Assembly (NCBI GenBank): GCA_963716565.1
Contig: OY970318.1
Coordinates: 580,284 to 644,283 of the forward strand
Reading direction: 5' to 3'
DNA from: an uncultured Candidatus Saccharibacteria bacterium
Lineage (GTDB): Bacteria > Patescibacteriota > Saccharimonadia > Saccharimonadales > CAIOMD01
DNA length: 64,000 nt
The notes under the pieces are model-generated. The model was not told the DNA's origin, did no database searches, and saw nothing but the letters and a program-made list of their open reading frames with translations. Shown here in pieces: positions 34,202-43,141 of the stretch; the stretch's first letter is position 1, and each line of letters opens with the position of its first letter. The position numbers were made by a program, and so were the translations under genes.

Positions 34202-34236
34202 TCTATCATCCAGCGTCTAACGTCTATCGTCTAACT
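34202..34236. repeat. TCTA-type heptad array, 5 units (ATCTATC ATCCAGC GTCTAAC GTCTATC GTCTAAC)
   Basis: Strict 7-nt period. The CTA at 34231-34233 is the dnaN TAG stop. Confidence 0.8.
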
Positions 34237-35322
34237 CTTGAGCGGCATAACAAGGTAGGTGCTATCGGCAGATTCGCTATCAGTCACAACACAAGGCTCA
34301 AGCTTACCATTAAAACTAAAGGTCACGTCCTTACCGCTCAACACACTTAACACATCCAGCAGATAACGTGAATTTAAAGTAACTTCACCAGTACCCTGAA
34401 TGGTTGCCGGGGCGCTGGAAGTATTTTCGCCAAGCTGTGAGGCGATAGATGTAATACTGATTTGTTTCGTAGACTCATCAACCTTTAGGGTTATACTGCC
34501 AGCACTTTCGCGGGCAAACAAACTAGAAACCTTTGTAATGGTAATGAATTCGCTGCGATCTACTGTAGCTGAAATATTAAATTTGGTAGGTATGAGTTTA
34601 CGATAGTCGGGGTAGGTGGCATCGATTAGTCGGCTAACTAGCTCTAAATCACCAGCCCTGAATAACACCTGCTGGCTATCGGATATCACTTCAATTTCTT
34701 CTACGCCCTCTGGCAAAATACGCAGCAATTCTTGTAGGGCCATGGCTGGTACTAATAAAGATATCTCTTGGGTTGTTTTGATTAGTTTCTTTTCGGCTAA
34801 ACGGTAGCTATCGGTCGCTGCCCCATACAAATAGCCTTTTTGGGATTGCAACAACACTCCCGTTAAAACTGGACGGGTTTCATCCGAAGATGCGGCAAAC
34901 ACTACCTGTGCCAAACTGCGACACTCTTTAACTGGCAATGTCCAACTTTGGCCTTTATCAATTTCGGGCACAACTGGGTATTCGTCGGCAATAATGCCAT
35001 TGATTGTGGAGCGATACTGTTCGGTACTAATGTGCAGCTTGTGTTCTTCGAGCTCTAAGTCGAGCACTCCGCCAGGCAAACTACTAACATATTCTTGCAT
35101 CAAACGGGCGGGGACGGTTATGGCGCCATTACTATGAACCTTAGAACCGATCTTTTCGGTGATGGCAATCTCTAGGTTGGTAGCCGATAAGCTTAGTCTA
35201 TTATCGACAGTTTTTAATAGAATGTTATTTAAGATTGGTAGGGGGTTTCTGCTAGATATAGCTATTCGGGCAACATTGTTTAGTGCCTTGGCCAGATTTT
35301 CTTGGGTGACTTGCAGCTTCAT
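34231..35322 (-). CDS. dnaN: DNA polymerase III beta sliding clamp
   Basis: Three-domain clamp length (363 aa), typical N-terminus MKLQVTQENLAKALNNV..R..LPILNNILL, downstream of dnaA. Confidence 0.9.
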   Translation of the reverse strand: MKLQVTQENLAKALNNVARIAISSRNPLPILNNILLKTVDNRLSLSATNLEIAITEKIGSKVHSNGAITVPARLMQEYVSSLPGGVLDLELEEHKLHISTEQYRSTINGIIADEYPVVPEIDKGQSWTLPVKECRSLAQVVFAASSDETRPVLTGVLLQSQKGYLYGAATDSYRLAEKKLIKTTQEISLLVPAMALQELLRILPEGVEEIEVISDSQQVLFRAGDLELVSRLIDATYPDYRKLIPTKFNISATVDRSEFITITKVSSLFARESAGSITLKVDESTKQISITSIASQLGENTSSAPATIQGTGEVTLNSRYLLDVLSVLSGKDVTFSFNGKLEPCVVTDSESADSTYLVMPLKS

Positions 35323-35544
35323 AATATTACAATACTCCTTTTTAAGTTATTTAGCGTAGTAGTTATTATTAGTGGTGTGGAAAGTGCGCATAAACTATAT
35401 TTAACAGATGTAATTTGCCGTTCAAAACTGTGTAGATCCTGTTGGGATAGTGGTGCAAAATCGGAGTATAAAAACCCGGATGTTTGGCTGTAATTTTTTA
35501 TACCACTGGCTATGAACATCTTGTTCACAGTTTTATGAACAGTC

Positions 35545-36930
35545 CTAAACATTTAGGCGCTCCCTAATTTCTTTTAGATTATCTTTGAGCAGTGTGTCAA
35601 AGTGCAGTTCTCTTTCTATTTTGTCAACAGAGTGGATGGCGGTAGTGTGGTCTTTGCGGCCTAGTTCGTGGGCGATTTTAGGAAAGCTCAGATGCAGTTC
35701 GGTCCTAAGCAAGTACATGGCAATTTGCCTAGGTACCACTATGTCTTTATCGCGCTTGGGGCTTAGTATGTTTTCAACACTTAACTGAAAAAATTTAGCC
35801 GTGCGTTCAATGATTTGCTTAGCCGAAACTCTTTTCGGTCGAGCGCGCAAAGAGCCGAATAGTCCAACGGCCACGCCTAAATCAGGTTCTAGGTTGCGCA
35901 TCTCGCAAAAGGCTAATAGGTGGTTTAGGGCGCCCTCTAGTTCGCGGATGTTGGTTTGGACGTGGTTGGCTAAGAATTCCACCAAAGGTTGGTCTAGCGC
36001 AATGCCGCGCTGGCTGGCTTTGTTTTGCAAGATGGCACAACGAGTTTCGAAATCTGGTGAACCGATATCGGCAATCATGCCCCATTCAAAGCGCGATCGC
36101 AGTCTTTCTTCTAGGGTTGGGATAGCTTTGGGCGGCTTGTCGCTACTGATTATAATTTGCTTATTGGCCTGGTGTAGGGCATTAAAGGTATGAAAGAATT
36201 CTTCTTGGGTTTTTTCTTTGCCGGCAATAAACTGCATATCGTCTACAATCAAAACATCGGCGCTGCGGTAATGCCCAGCAAAGTCGGTAATTTTTTTGTA
36301 ACGGATGGCATCTAAAAATTCTTGCACAAACTGTTCGCTGGTAACGTAAACTACGCGGGCATTTTTATTATTGGCTAATATGCCGTTTCCAACCGCTTGG
36401 ATTAAGTGGGTTTTGCCCAATCCCACACCGCCATAAACAAATAGTGGATTATATTTAGTGCCCGGATTTTGAACAATTGCCTGGCAGGCGGCATAGGCTA
36501 GCTCGCTACCAGAACCAACAATAAATGAGTCAAAGGTATAGCGCTCATTCAGGCCCTGACGGTAAGAGTGGGTAACCGATAGGGCGCCATTGTTGCCTTG
36601 TTTTCCGTTTGTTTCTTCAACTGGCTGGGATAAGATGACGACCTCTGAGTCGTCTTCGGCGGTTCGTTTGGGTGAAGGCGAGGTAGCCGAAAAGATTTTG
36701 AATTCAACATCTAGGTCATTAGCGCCGTTTTTTTGCATTAAGTCCAGAATCATCTGTTTGTATTTAAGCTCTAGCTGTTGCTTGGCAAAAATGTTCGGTA
36801 CGCCAACAATTAATTGATTATCGCTACGCCGTAGAACGCGGGTATTTTTAAACCACGTGATGTAGCTACCCCTAGAAACGGTTAGCTCAATCTCACCCAA
36901 TATTGCCTGCCATAAGGTATCGTCTCGCAT
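35545..36930 (-). CDS. dnaA: chromosomal replication initiator DnaA
   Basis: AAA+ Walker A GGVGLGKTHL, Walker B LIVDDMQF and the C-terminal DNA-binding helix HTTAIHSVDKI. Confidence 0.95.
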   Translation of the reverse strand: MRDDTLWQAILGEIELTVSRGSYITWFKNTRVLRRSDNQLIVGVPNIFAKQQLELKYKQMILDLMQKNGANDLDVEFKIFSATSPSPKRTAEDDSEVVILSQPVEETNGKQGNNGALSVTHSYRQGLNERYTFDSFIVGSGSELAYAACQAIVQNPGTKYNPLFVYGGVGLGKTHLIQAVGNGILANNKNARVVYVTSEQFVQEFLDAIRYKKITDFAGHYRSADVLIVDDMQFIAGKEKTQEEFFHTFNALHQANKQIIISSDKPPKAIPTLEERLRSRFEWGMIADIGSPDFETRCAILQNKASQRGIALDQPLVEFLANHVQTNIRELEGALNHLLAFCEMRNLEPDLGVAVGLFGSLRARPKRVSAKQIIERTAKFFQLSVENILSPKRDKDIVVPRQIAMYLLRTELHLSFPKIAHELGRKDHTTAIHSVDKIERELHFDTLLKDNLKEIRERLNV

Positions 36931-37235
36931 GGTTTTTGCTGTTTCACCCCTCCAACCTTTTAAAACCTAGTAGTTAAACTATACAAAAGAAAGTGAAAGT
37001 TTTCCACAGGTTTTTATGATAATGCCCGATTGCATAAACCAAAATGCTTAACAGAGGTGTTTTTATACACACCCATTTTTTGCATCTAGTAATAGGTGGA
37101 AAAGTTAAACTGATTTGTGGACAAACTAGCAAAATTTGTTTGTAAAATATGTACTTTTTACAATCCTTTAAAACCAAAACAGATTTGCCGGCTTGTTAGC
37201 TTGGCCCTCTTGTGGTAAGATAACCAACTGAAATT
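36931..37235. promoter_or_regulatory. candidate oriC / dnaA promoter region
   Basis: DnaA-box-like 9-mers TTTTCCACA (37000-37008), TGTGGACAA (37116-37124) and GGTGGAAAA (37095-37103), plus an AT-rich stretch at 37131-37180. It occupies the classical rpmH-dnaA spacer. Confidence 0.55.
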
Positions 37236-37373
37236 ATGCCTAAAAGAACTTTTCAACCAAAGAAAAAACACCGCACCAGAGTGCATGGCTTTTTAAAGCG
37301 CATGTCTACCAGGGGCGGTCAAGCTATGCTTAAAAGACGCCGCCAAAAAGGCCGCAAGCAACTTATTCGCTAG
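37236..37373 (+). CDS. rpmH: 50S ribosomal protein L34 (45 aa, below ORF-track cutoff)
   Basis: Hand translation gives [45 protein letters not shown]; upstream of rnpA. Confidence 0.95.
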   Translation: MPKRTFQPKKKHRTRVHGFLKRMSTRGGQAMLKRRRQKGRKQLIR

Positions 37374-37424
37374 ATTGTTTTGATTAGCGTTACAATAAAT
37401 AATGAGCCAAAATAGGGGTTATTT

Positions 37425-37778
37425 GTGTTATCTAAAGAACATCGATTCCACGGCAAAAACGCTATTAATCACGTCTATCGCAAGGCTCAAACCGTGCGTA
37501 GCCCCTTTTGTGCTATGAAATTCTTGCCCGGCAAGCCAAACGAACCGTATCGCGTAGCGGTGGTGGTGGCCAAAAAAGTAGAAAAATCAGCACCGGGGCG
37601 CAACCGCATACGTCGCCGTGTTTATGAAGCCATCAGAACTCAGGCCGAAGGCCTATTAACCAACCAAGACATTGTGGTTAGCATATTCGACGACAAATTT
37701 TTAACTATGCCCTACGACGAACTTGCCAAATCTATTAAGCGGCAATTACAAGATATATCTAAAGCCACCCCAATATAA
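37425..37778 (+). CDS. rnpA: ribonuclease P protein component
   Basis: GTG start, basic 117-aa protein with the RNR-like motif APGRNRIRRRVYEA, in rpmH-rnpA-yidC synteny. Confidence 0.85.
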   Translation: MLSKEHRFHGKNAINHVYRKAQTVRSPFCAMKFLPGKPNEPYRVAVVVAKKVEKSAPGRNRIRRRVYEAIRTQAEGLLTNQDIVVSIFDDKFLTMPYDELAKSIKRQLQDISKATPI

Positions 37779-37806
37779 AATTTCATCATTTTATATTGGG
37801 GTGGCT
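37763..37806 (+). terminator. 19-bp hairpin overlapping the rnpA stop codon (terminator/attenuator candidate)
   Basis: agccaccccaatataaaat (37763-37781) pairs with attttatattggggtggct (37788-37806). There is no clear T-run afterwards. Confidence 0.45.
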
Positions 37807-37837
37807 TTAAGCTCTCGTGTTAAACTATTAAGCAAGT

Positions 37838-38779
37838 ATGTTTCATTTTATCGGCCAAGTTTGGCACATTATTATTGAGCGCCCAATTTTTAATCTGTTG
37901 ATTATTATATTGGCGCTTATACCAGGGCATAATTTGGGCCTGGCAATTATCTTGTTTACCATTATCGTGCGCTTGGCCATGTACCCGCTGTTAAAAAAGC
38001 AATTGCACCACGCCATGGCTTTGCGCAGGCTTCAGCCAGAATTAAAGCGCATTAAAAAAGAGGCTGCCGGCGATCGCCGCAAAGAGTCCGAAATGATGAT
38101 GGCGCTGTACAAAGAACGCGAAGTAAGCCCCTTTGGTTCGTTTGGCATCATATTAGTACAAATGCCAATTTTGATTGCCCTGTATATGGGTATCAATAAA
38201 ATCATTAAAGATCCAGGCAGCCTGCTTAACCTGTCGTATTCATGGCTAGATAATTTGCCATATCTTAAGACCCTGGCTGAGAACATTAATAACCTAGACG
38301 CTACATTATTTGGCTTTTTGGATTTAACTAAACTGCCAATGGGCAACGGCGGCATTTATTGGCCGGCCATGATATTGGTTTGTTTGAGCGTGGCCATTCA
38401 GTATTTGCAGAGTAAACAATTAATGATGCCCGACAAAAACGCTCGCGGTATGCGCCAAATACTAAAAGACACCGCTGCCGGCAAGCAGGTTGATCAATCC
38501 GAAGTCCAAGCCGCTACCGGCCGTATGACTTTGTTCTTTATACCTGGCATGATTTTTCTTATCTCGCTTAGCATTACGCCGGCCCTATCGCTGTATTGGT
38601 TCGTTGGCGGCCTGGTAGCCTTTTGGCAACAATCTAGGATACTAAAGCAAGATGTAGCCGAAATGGAAGCATCGGTAGATAAAGTGCCCGTAGAAGCCGA
38701 AATAATCTCTGATAACAAACCAAAACCAAAACACAAAAAGACTCCCGCTAAGCGTAAGAACGCTAAACGAAGGAGGTAA
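37838..38779 (+). CDS. yidC: membrane protein insertase YidC (short form)
   Basis: Five-TM YidC/Oxa1 core, motif MYPLLKKQ...M..LQPELKRIKK, basic C-terminal tail. Confidence 0.9.
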   Translation: MFHFIGQVWHIIIERPIFNLLIIILALIPGHNLGLAIILFTIIVRLAMYPLLKKQLHHAMALRRLQPELKRIKKEAAGDRRKESEMMMALYKEREVSPFGSFGIILVQMPILIALYMGINKIIKDPGSLLNLSYSWLDNLPYLKTLAENINNLDATLFGFLDLTKLPMGNGGIYWPAMILVCLSVAIQYLQSKQLMMPDKNARGMRQILKDTAAGKQVDQSEVQAATGRMTLFFIPGMIFLISLSITPALSLYWFVGGLVAFWQQSRILKQDVAEMEASVDKVPVEAEIISDNKPKPKHKKTPAKRKNAKRRR

Positions 38780-38781
38780 TT

Positions 38782-39447
38782 ATGGAAGAATCAATTTTAT
38801 TTGCCAAAAAATATTTGGAGGATCTTTTGTCGTTCTTTGGCTTGAACACCGATGTTCGGGCTACTAGCGAAGAAGATGTTATAGAACTGTCGGTGCCGTC
38901 TTCGCACATGAATGGCTTTTTGATTGGCCAGCATGGCGAAACAGTGCGCTCTTTGCAGTATTTAGTTTCTACAGCCTTAGGCAATGGTAATTACGCCTTT
39001 ACGCGCGTTAACGTAGATATAGCCGACTACAAAAAGAGCCGCCAAGACCGCTTGGCTGTGCAAAGCTTGCAGTGGATAGACAGGGTTAAAAGCTCTGGCG
39101 TGCAATACGAATTACAGCCCATGAACCCAGCCGATAGGCGAATAGTCCACAAAGTGGCTGGCGAGCATGGCCTGGCTACAGAATCGGTTGGTTTTGGCCG
39201 CGACAGACGCGTGATTATTAAGCCGCAAGCCGCTGACGATCACGATGAACCAGCCGAAGATGTAGCTAAGCCCAAAGATGAGCCCAAAGAAAAACCAGAA
39301 ACCGTGGCCGAAAAAGCTCCTCGCGTTAGAAAAAAGCCAACCGATAAATCTAAAGACCTTACCGAACTTTTTGCCAAAGAAGAAGCCGCCGCCAAACCCA
39401 AAAAGAAATTATTGGGCAAGCTAGTTAAAAAAGCCTCCAAAAAATAG
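38782..39447 (+). CDS. jag: Jag/KhpB-type RNA-binding protein (KH plus R3H domains)
   Basis: R3H motif MNPADRRIVHKVAGEHGLATESVG; downstream of yidC; Lys-rich tail. Confidence 0.85.
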   Translation: MEESILFAKKYLEDLLSFFGLNTDVRATSEEDVIELSVPSSHMNGFLIGQHGETVRSLQYLVSTALGNGNYAFTRVNVDIADYKKSRQDRLAVQSLQWIDRVKSSGVQYELQPMNPADRRIVHKVAGEHGLATESVGFGRDRRVIIKPQAADDHDEPAEDVAKPKDEPKEKPETVAEKAPRVRKKPTDKSKDLTELFAKEEAAAKPKKKLLGKLVKKASKK

Positions 39448-39452
39448 AGAAC

Positions 39453-39725
39453 TTATTTATAAACTTGGTTGTGCGTGCCAACGTCTAAAAAGATTATTGA
39501 GTCTTCGGTTTCTTCGTAGATTACCCTAATATCACCAGTTACAGAAAACGCTCGGCAGCCCTTATGTTTTCCCAGTAGGGGATGGTCATTCAGTAGTCTA
39601 CTAGCACGGCTACTCACAAATACCGATAATTTAAGGTCAAATTTCTCTGCCAGCTTTTTGTTGGGCTTAATGCGAATAATGTAGCTTTTATCAAACTTTT
39701 TAGAAAAAACTATTTGTTTTGGCAT
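39453..39725 (-). CDS. type II toxin, RelE/ParE superfamily
   Basis: 90 aa with a pattern ending LLGKHKGCRAFSVTGDIRVIYEE...VGTHNQVYK. It lies 5 nt downstream of a small antitoxin-like gene. Confidence 0.7.
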   Translation of the reverse strand: MPKQIVFSKKFDKSYIIRIKPNKKLAEKFDLKLSVFVSSRASRLLNDHPLLGKHKGCRAFSVTGDIRVIYEETEDSIIFLDVGTHNQVYK

Positions 39726-39730
39726 ATCTA

Positions 39731-40024
39731 TTAAAGATTATGCAGATGTTCGGTCATTTCTTCAATGGTTGAATAAGTCTTTAGCTTACCATCTTTAAGG
39801 TCTTTTTTAGCTTGTTTGGCAGCTTTATTCAATCTGGCAGCAGCAACGTCGGTCGGTTCTCCCCAGCTGTCGTAGCCAAAGTCTACGTGGCGATTTTCGG
39901 TTTCGGCTTTGGCCCAAAAGCGCACATAAGCTTGGGCCGAATCGAATCCAAGATCTTTAGCGCGAACTTCTAATTTGTCGCGAACAAGCTTATCGATAGG
40001 CACCTGTAATTTAACGCTATTCAT
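39731..40024 (-). CDS. type II antitoxin (ribbon-helix-helix-like N-terminus)
   Basis: 97 aa with N-terminal VKLQVPIDKLVRDKLEVRAKDLGFDSAQAYVRFW, upstream of the toxin. Confidence 0.6.
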   Translation of the reverse strand: MNSVKLQVPIDKLVRDKLEVRAKDLGFDSAQAYVRFWAKAETENRHVDFGYDSWGEPTDVAAARLNKAAKQAKKDLKDGKLKTYSTIEEMTEHLHNL

Positions 40025-40098
40025 AATACCAGAATAGTATCAAAATAGTATCAAAATGTCAACAGCCCTTGTGTTGAAATCCCCACTTCTGGGGCTTT

Positions 40099-40133
40099 AT
40101 CTATCATCTATCATCCATCGTCCAACATCTATT
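40099..40133. repeat. TCTA-type heptad array, 5 units (ATCTATC ATCTATC ATCCATC GTCCAAC ATCTATT)
   Basis: Strict 7-nt period. The CTA at 40129-40131 is the TAG stop of the 798-aa gene. Confidence 0.8.
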
Positions 40134-42525
40134 TTGGTTTGCGGGTGATGGCTCCCATGCCCAGGCCCAATATCAATAAGCCAAAGACTATTAAAAAGGT
40201 GTCTAGGCCCGTCTTTTCGGAGGTCACAAACGTGTTATCGGCCGGGCTGTTGGTTTGAATATTGTTTGTAGCATCATTTTCTATGCCGGCAACGCTGGTG
40301 AGGGGTAGCGGAGCCGGCTGGGTGATTGTTATGTTTTGTGAGGCTGCGGGGGTTTGGTTAATCATTATGGGTGTTGCAGTGGGTGTAGGCGTTGGCGTTG
40401 ATACGTTCTTGTCGTTTTCGTAAATATTTCCACTTTGGTCCGATTCGTTAACTGGTATATTTTCGATTGTTAAAACGGTGGGTTCGCTCCAGCCAGCCGC
40501 ATTACCGGCGCTTAGTGTAATTGTAAATGCCGATTCAGGAGCTGGGCTGATTATAAAACTGTTAGCATTGCTAATAAGCCCAAGTATCTCGTCGTTAGCG
40601 TTGGCGATTCTAACCATTACATCTTCGGTGTAACTATTGGCCCAAGATACCACCACGCTTGCGCCACTGCGCCCATAGCTGGCTACTGGCGCATCTGGGG
40701 CTACGGGTACGGCATCTTCTTTTTCTGCTACATTAACTTCTAGTGTGGCCTTGGCGCTGCCACTGTCGGCCGAAGTAGCCTCTAATACAACAAAGCCTTG
40801 ATAGGGCTGGCCGTAGACACACTCAAAAGTAGGCAAGGTGTTGCCGGTGGATTCAAAGACCCCGTCATTATTACAATCCCAACTGTAACTAGTTATGTAT
40901 CCGTCTGGATCATATGAGCTACCACCGCTTAGAGCCAAAGGTTCGCCAATATAACCCGTGTTTGCCCCGCTAATTTCAGCCACCGGCTGTAACTGCATCT
41001 TATCTAGGGCGCTAAGGCTGTATTTAACAGAATAATCACGCTGGCCGTTAGTAATTGTGCCATTGGTGGAGCTAATTAAATCAAGCACCGTGCTGTTAAA
41101 TTCTTCGTTCATTTTTTGAATGTCGCCAGGCTGAGGATAGCGGGGGTAATTAAGGGGTAGCGCTACAGCCGAAACCGATACCGGATCAAGTTCTAGGGCT
41201 CGCTGGATTACCTGGCTTTTGGTATAGTGGCCGGGGCCTGGGTCGGGGTCTTTGGCGGCTCCGTCGGTTATAACCAATATTTTTTTCTGAGCGCCAGGTC
41301 GCCAGCTTAGCTCGTTCATAGCCGTCATTAGGCCAGAATATAAAGCCTCTGGCTCATCGCCACCATAAGCTCCCTTTAAGCTGTTAATTTGCTCTTTTAC
41401 GGCTTCTTTGTTGTAGGTAAAATCGCCAATCTTTTTGGAGTAATAAAACGGAATCTTAACATTCTGAAAATCGCTGTAGGCCACAATACCTACTCGAGTG
41501 TCCCAGTAAGAATTAAATAGGGCCGAAACAAAGCCAGCCAGATTATTTTTTATAGTGCTAATCATGGCAATCATGCTGCCGCTGGTGTCTATTACCAATG
41601 CCAAGTCTAGCTGGTACAGCTTATCGTTCTTATTCAGCCAAGTAACAGCTTGGATTTTGCCAGCCAAAGCGGAGTTACGGTCTTTTAAAAGCATAGCAAT
41701 TTCGTTGGCGGCCTGGGGGATCCAGCGGTTTTGATAAACCTCTTGGTGAGTTTTGTTAATAAACTGTTCGTATATGGCGCCAACGGGCGTATTCGCCAAA
41801 GAATAATTGGCGCAAATGGGGTCGTTAATATCGCACCAGCTGGTTTTTAGGGCGATTTCGTCTGGCAGGTAGTTCTTGCGGGCCAACAGCACGCCAGTCT
41901 GGAACGAAGATGCGTTGCCCCGAACCCATGGCGCGGTCGTGGGCGGAATCATATTAGTACGCGGGTTAAATTTAGGATCGCCAAAAAGCGCTACATAAGC
42001 AATGCGCGGCCTAAAATTAGGCTTGATTTTAAACATGGCATCGCCCACAACGTGCGCACCCTGTGAATAACCACCCAAAATAACAGTTTGGAATGGGCAA
42101 GAGGTAAGTTTGTCTTCTAAATACCAGGCCAGCTCTTCGGCGCCATCGGCCACACTTTCGTAGTAGCGATTATAAACATCTGTGCGATGATTGGGCTTGC
42201 TAGTAAACCCATCAACCACGTCCACCGCCTCATACCCATATTGGTTGTACCTACCCTCAAAGTTGTGCAGAGAAACCCTCTCGACAGAAAGCCCGGTTGT
42301 CCTCTTGTTGATTTCCTCAAAGAAAGCAAAAGATTGCGGCTCGGCTCTTCCAAAAGTTATTGGATTGCTAGTTTCGTTTAGGTAGTTGTGTTCTAGGTTT
42401 TGTCCAGAGCCACGTGCAAAAATAATCGCCACATCTTTACACTCACTACTTTCACCAATAACCACCCGTAGTGGTGTTATTAATAAGGCGAATGCTGTTA
42501 GTAGGATTACTAACCTATTTTTCAT
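40129..42525 (-). CDS. surface-anchored multidomain protein: cutinase-like serine esterase, vWA domain, PKD-like domain, TPTP stalk, C-terminal TM anchor
   Basis: Signal peptide; GGYSQGAHVVG nucleophile elbow after FARGSGQ; MIDAS LALVIDTSGSM; YDPDGYITSYSWDCNNDGVFE; STPTPTPTATP; C-terminal helix FLIVFGLLILGLGMGAI. Confidence 0.75.
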   Translation of the reverse strand: MKNRLVILLTAFALLITPLRVVIGESSECKDVAIIFARGSGQNLEHNYLNETSNPITFGRAEPQSFAFFEEINKRTTGLSVERVSLHNFEGRYNQYGYEAVDVVDGFTSKPNHRTDVYNRYYESVADGAEELAWYLEDKLTSCPFQTVILGGYSQGAHVVGDAMFKIKPNFRPRIAYVALFGDPKFNPRTNMIPPTTAPWVRGNASSFQTGVLLARKNYLPDEIALKTSWCDINDPICANYSLANTPVGAIYEQFINKTHQEVYQNRWIPQAANEIAMLLKDRNSALAGKIQAVTWLNKNDKLYQLDLALVIDTSGSMIAMISTIKNNLAGFVSALFNSYWDTRVGIVAYSDFQNVKIPFYYSKKIGDFTYNKEAVKEQINSLKGAYGGDEPEALYSGLMTAMNELSWRPGAQKKILVITDGAAKDPDPGPGHYTKSQVIQRALELDPVSVSAVALPLNYPRYPQPGDIQKMNEEFNSTVLDLISSTNGTITNGQRDYSVKYSLSALDKMQLQPVAEISGANTGYIGEPLALSGGSSYDPDGYITSYSWDCNNDGVFESTGNTLPTFECVYGQPYQGFVVLEATSADSGSAKATLEVNVAEKEDAVPVAPDAPVASYGRSGASVVVSWANSYTEDVMVRIANANDEILGLISNANSFIISPAPESAFTITLSAGNAAGWSEPTVLTIENIPVNESDQSGNIYENDKNVSTPTPTPTATPIMINQTPAASQNITITQPAPLPLTSVAGIENDATNNIQTNSPADNTFVTSEKTGLDTFLIVFGLLILGLGMGAITRKPK

Positions 42526-43048
42526 ATTTGCCTATTGAAATACGAGACCAACTACCGATAACGCCTCTTGCGTTAGTGCTGTCCACGCTCAAATAGACTT
42601 CAACATCTCCAATATAGCCACCAGCAATACAAGAATAATCATCGTTTCGGATATCCTCAGTACTGCATTTCTGATAAGTGTTATCAATTAATGACAAGCC
42701 AGCATCAATTAATGGTTTCTGAAGCTGCGTTGTAATTGAGGAGGGACTTGTGGTTGTTAGCGGGTTACGACTGAACTCCGCGATATAATACGGGCATTCA
42801 GGCCCCTCTACTTGCAGGCAGAACAGGCCCCAAGTGCCTTTATTACTGCTTTCGCTAACTAATCGCCAGTCGCTGGGTATAAAAGCGCTGATTCTTTGGT
42901 ATTCCTTCTGCAAATCGCGGTAATTGGGGCGGTTGCTAAAATAAAGCACCACAAAAACAATGGCAATGGTAGCAACTACAACCCCGCCAATAATTGCAAA
43001 ACGTCTCCAGGTAGGCTTCTTAGCCCTCGCAGCTTTTTTAACTCCCAT
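42515..43048 (-). CDS. membrane-anchored hypothetical protein, co-operonic with the cutinase-vWA gene
   Basis: Basic N-terminus plus TM helix, and an ectodomain with 4 Cys. Its stop overlaps the downstream start by 11 nt. Confidence 0.6.
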   Translation of the reverse strand: MGVKKAARAKKPTWRRFAIIGGVVVATIAIVFVVLYFSNRPNYRDLQKEYQRISAFIPSDWRLVSESSNKGTWGLFCLQVEGPECPYYIAEFSRNPLTTTSPSSITTQLQKPLIDAGLSLIDNTYQKCSTEDIRNDDYSCIAGGYIGDVEVYLSVDSTNARGVIGSWSRISIGKYEK

Positions 43049-43106
43049 ATTGCTTAAGATTATGCTTTATTGGCCTTTTCTTGGCAAGATTTTTAAGAGA
43101 TTATTC

Positions 43107-43135
43107 TTGACAAAGGCATACATAATATGTATGCT
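43107..43135 (+). promoter_or_regulatory. TA-module promoter with palindromic operator
   Basis: TTGACA (43107-43112), 17-nt spacer, TATGCT (43130-43135). GCATACAT (43116-43123) is the exact reverse complement of ATGTATGC (43127-43134). Further ATGTATG/GCATACA half-sites lie at 43138-43144 and 43154-43160. Confidence 0.55.
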
Positions 43136-43141
43136 TTATGT

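Noticed and set aside
35302-35552. ORFs of 63-77 aa in the dnaA-dnaN spacer
   Set aside because: They overlap each other on opposite strands in an AT-rich regulatory spacer that contains DnaA-box-like sites, and there is no coding signal.
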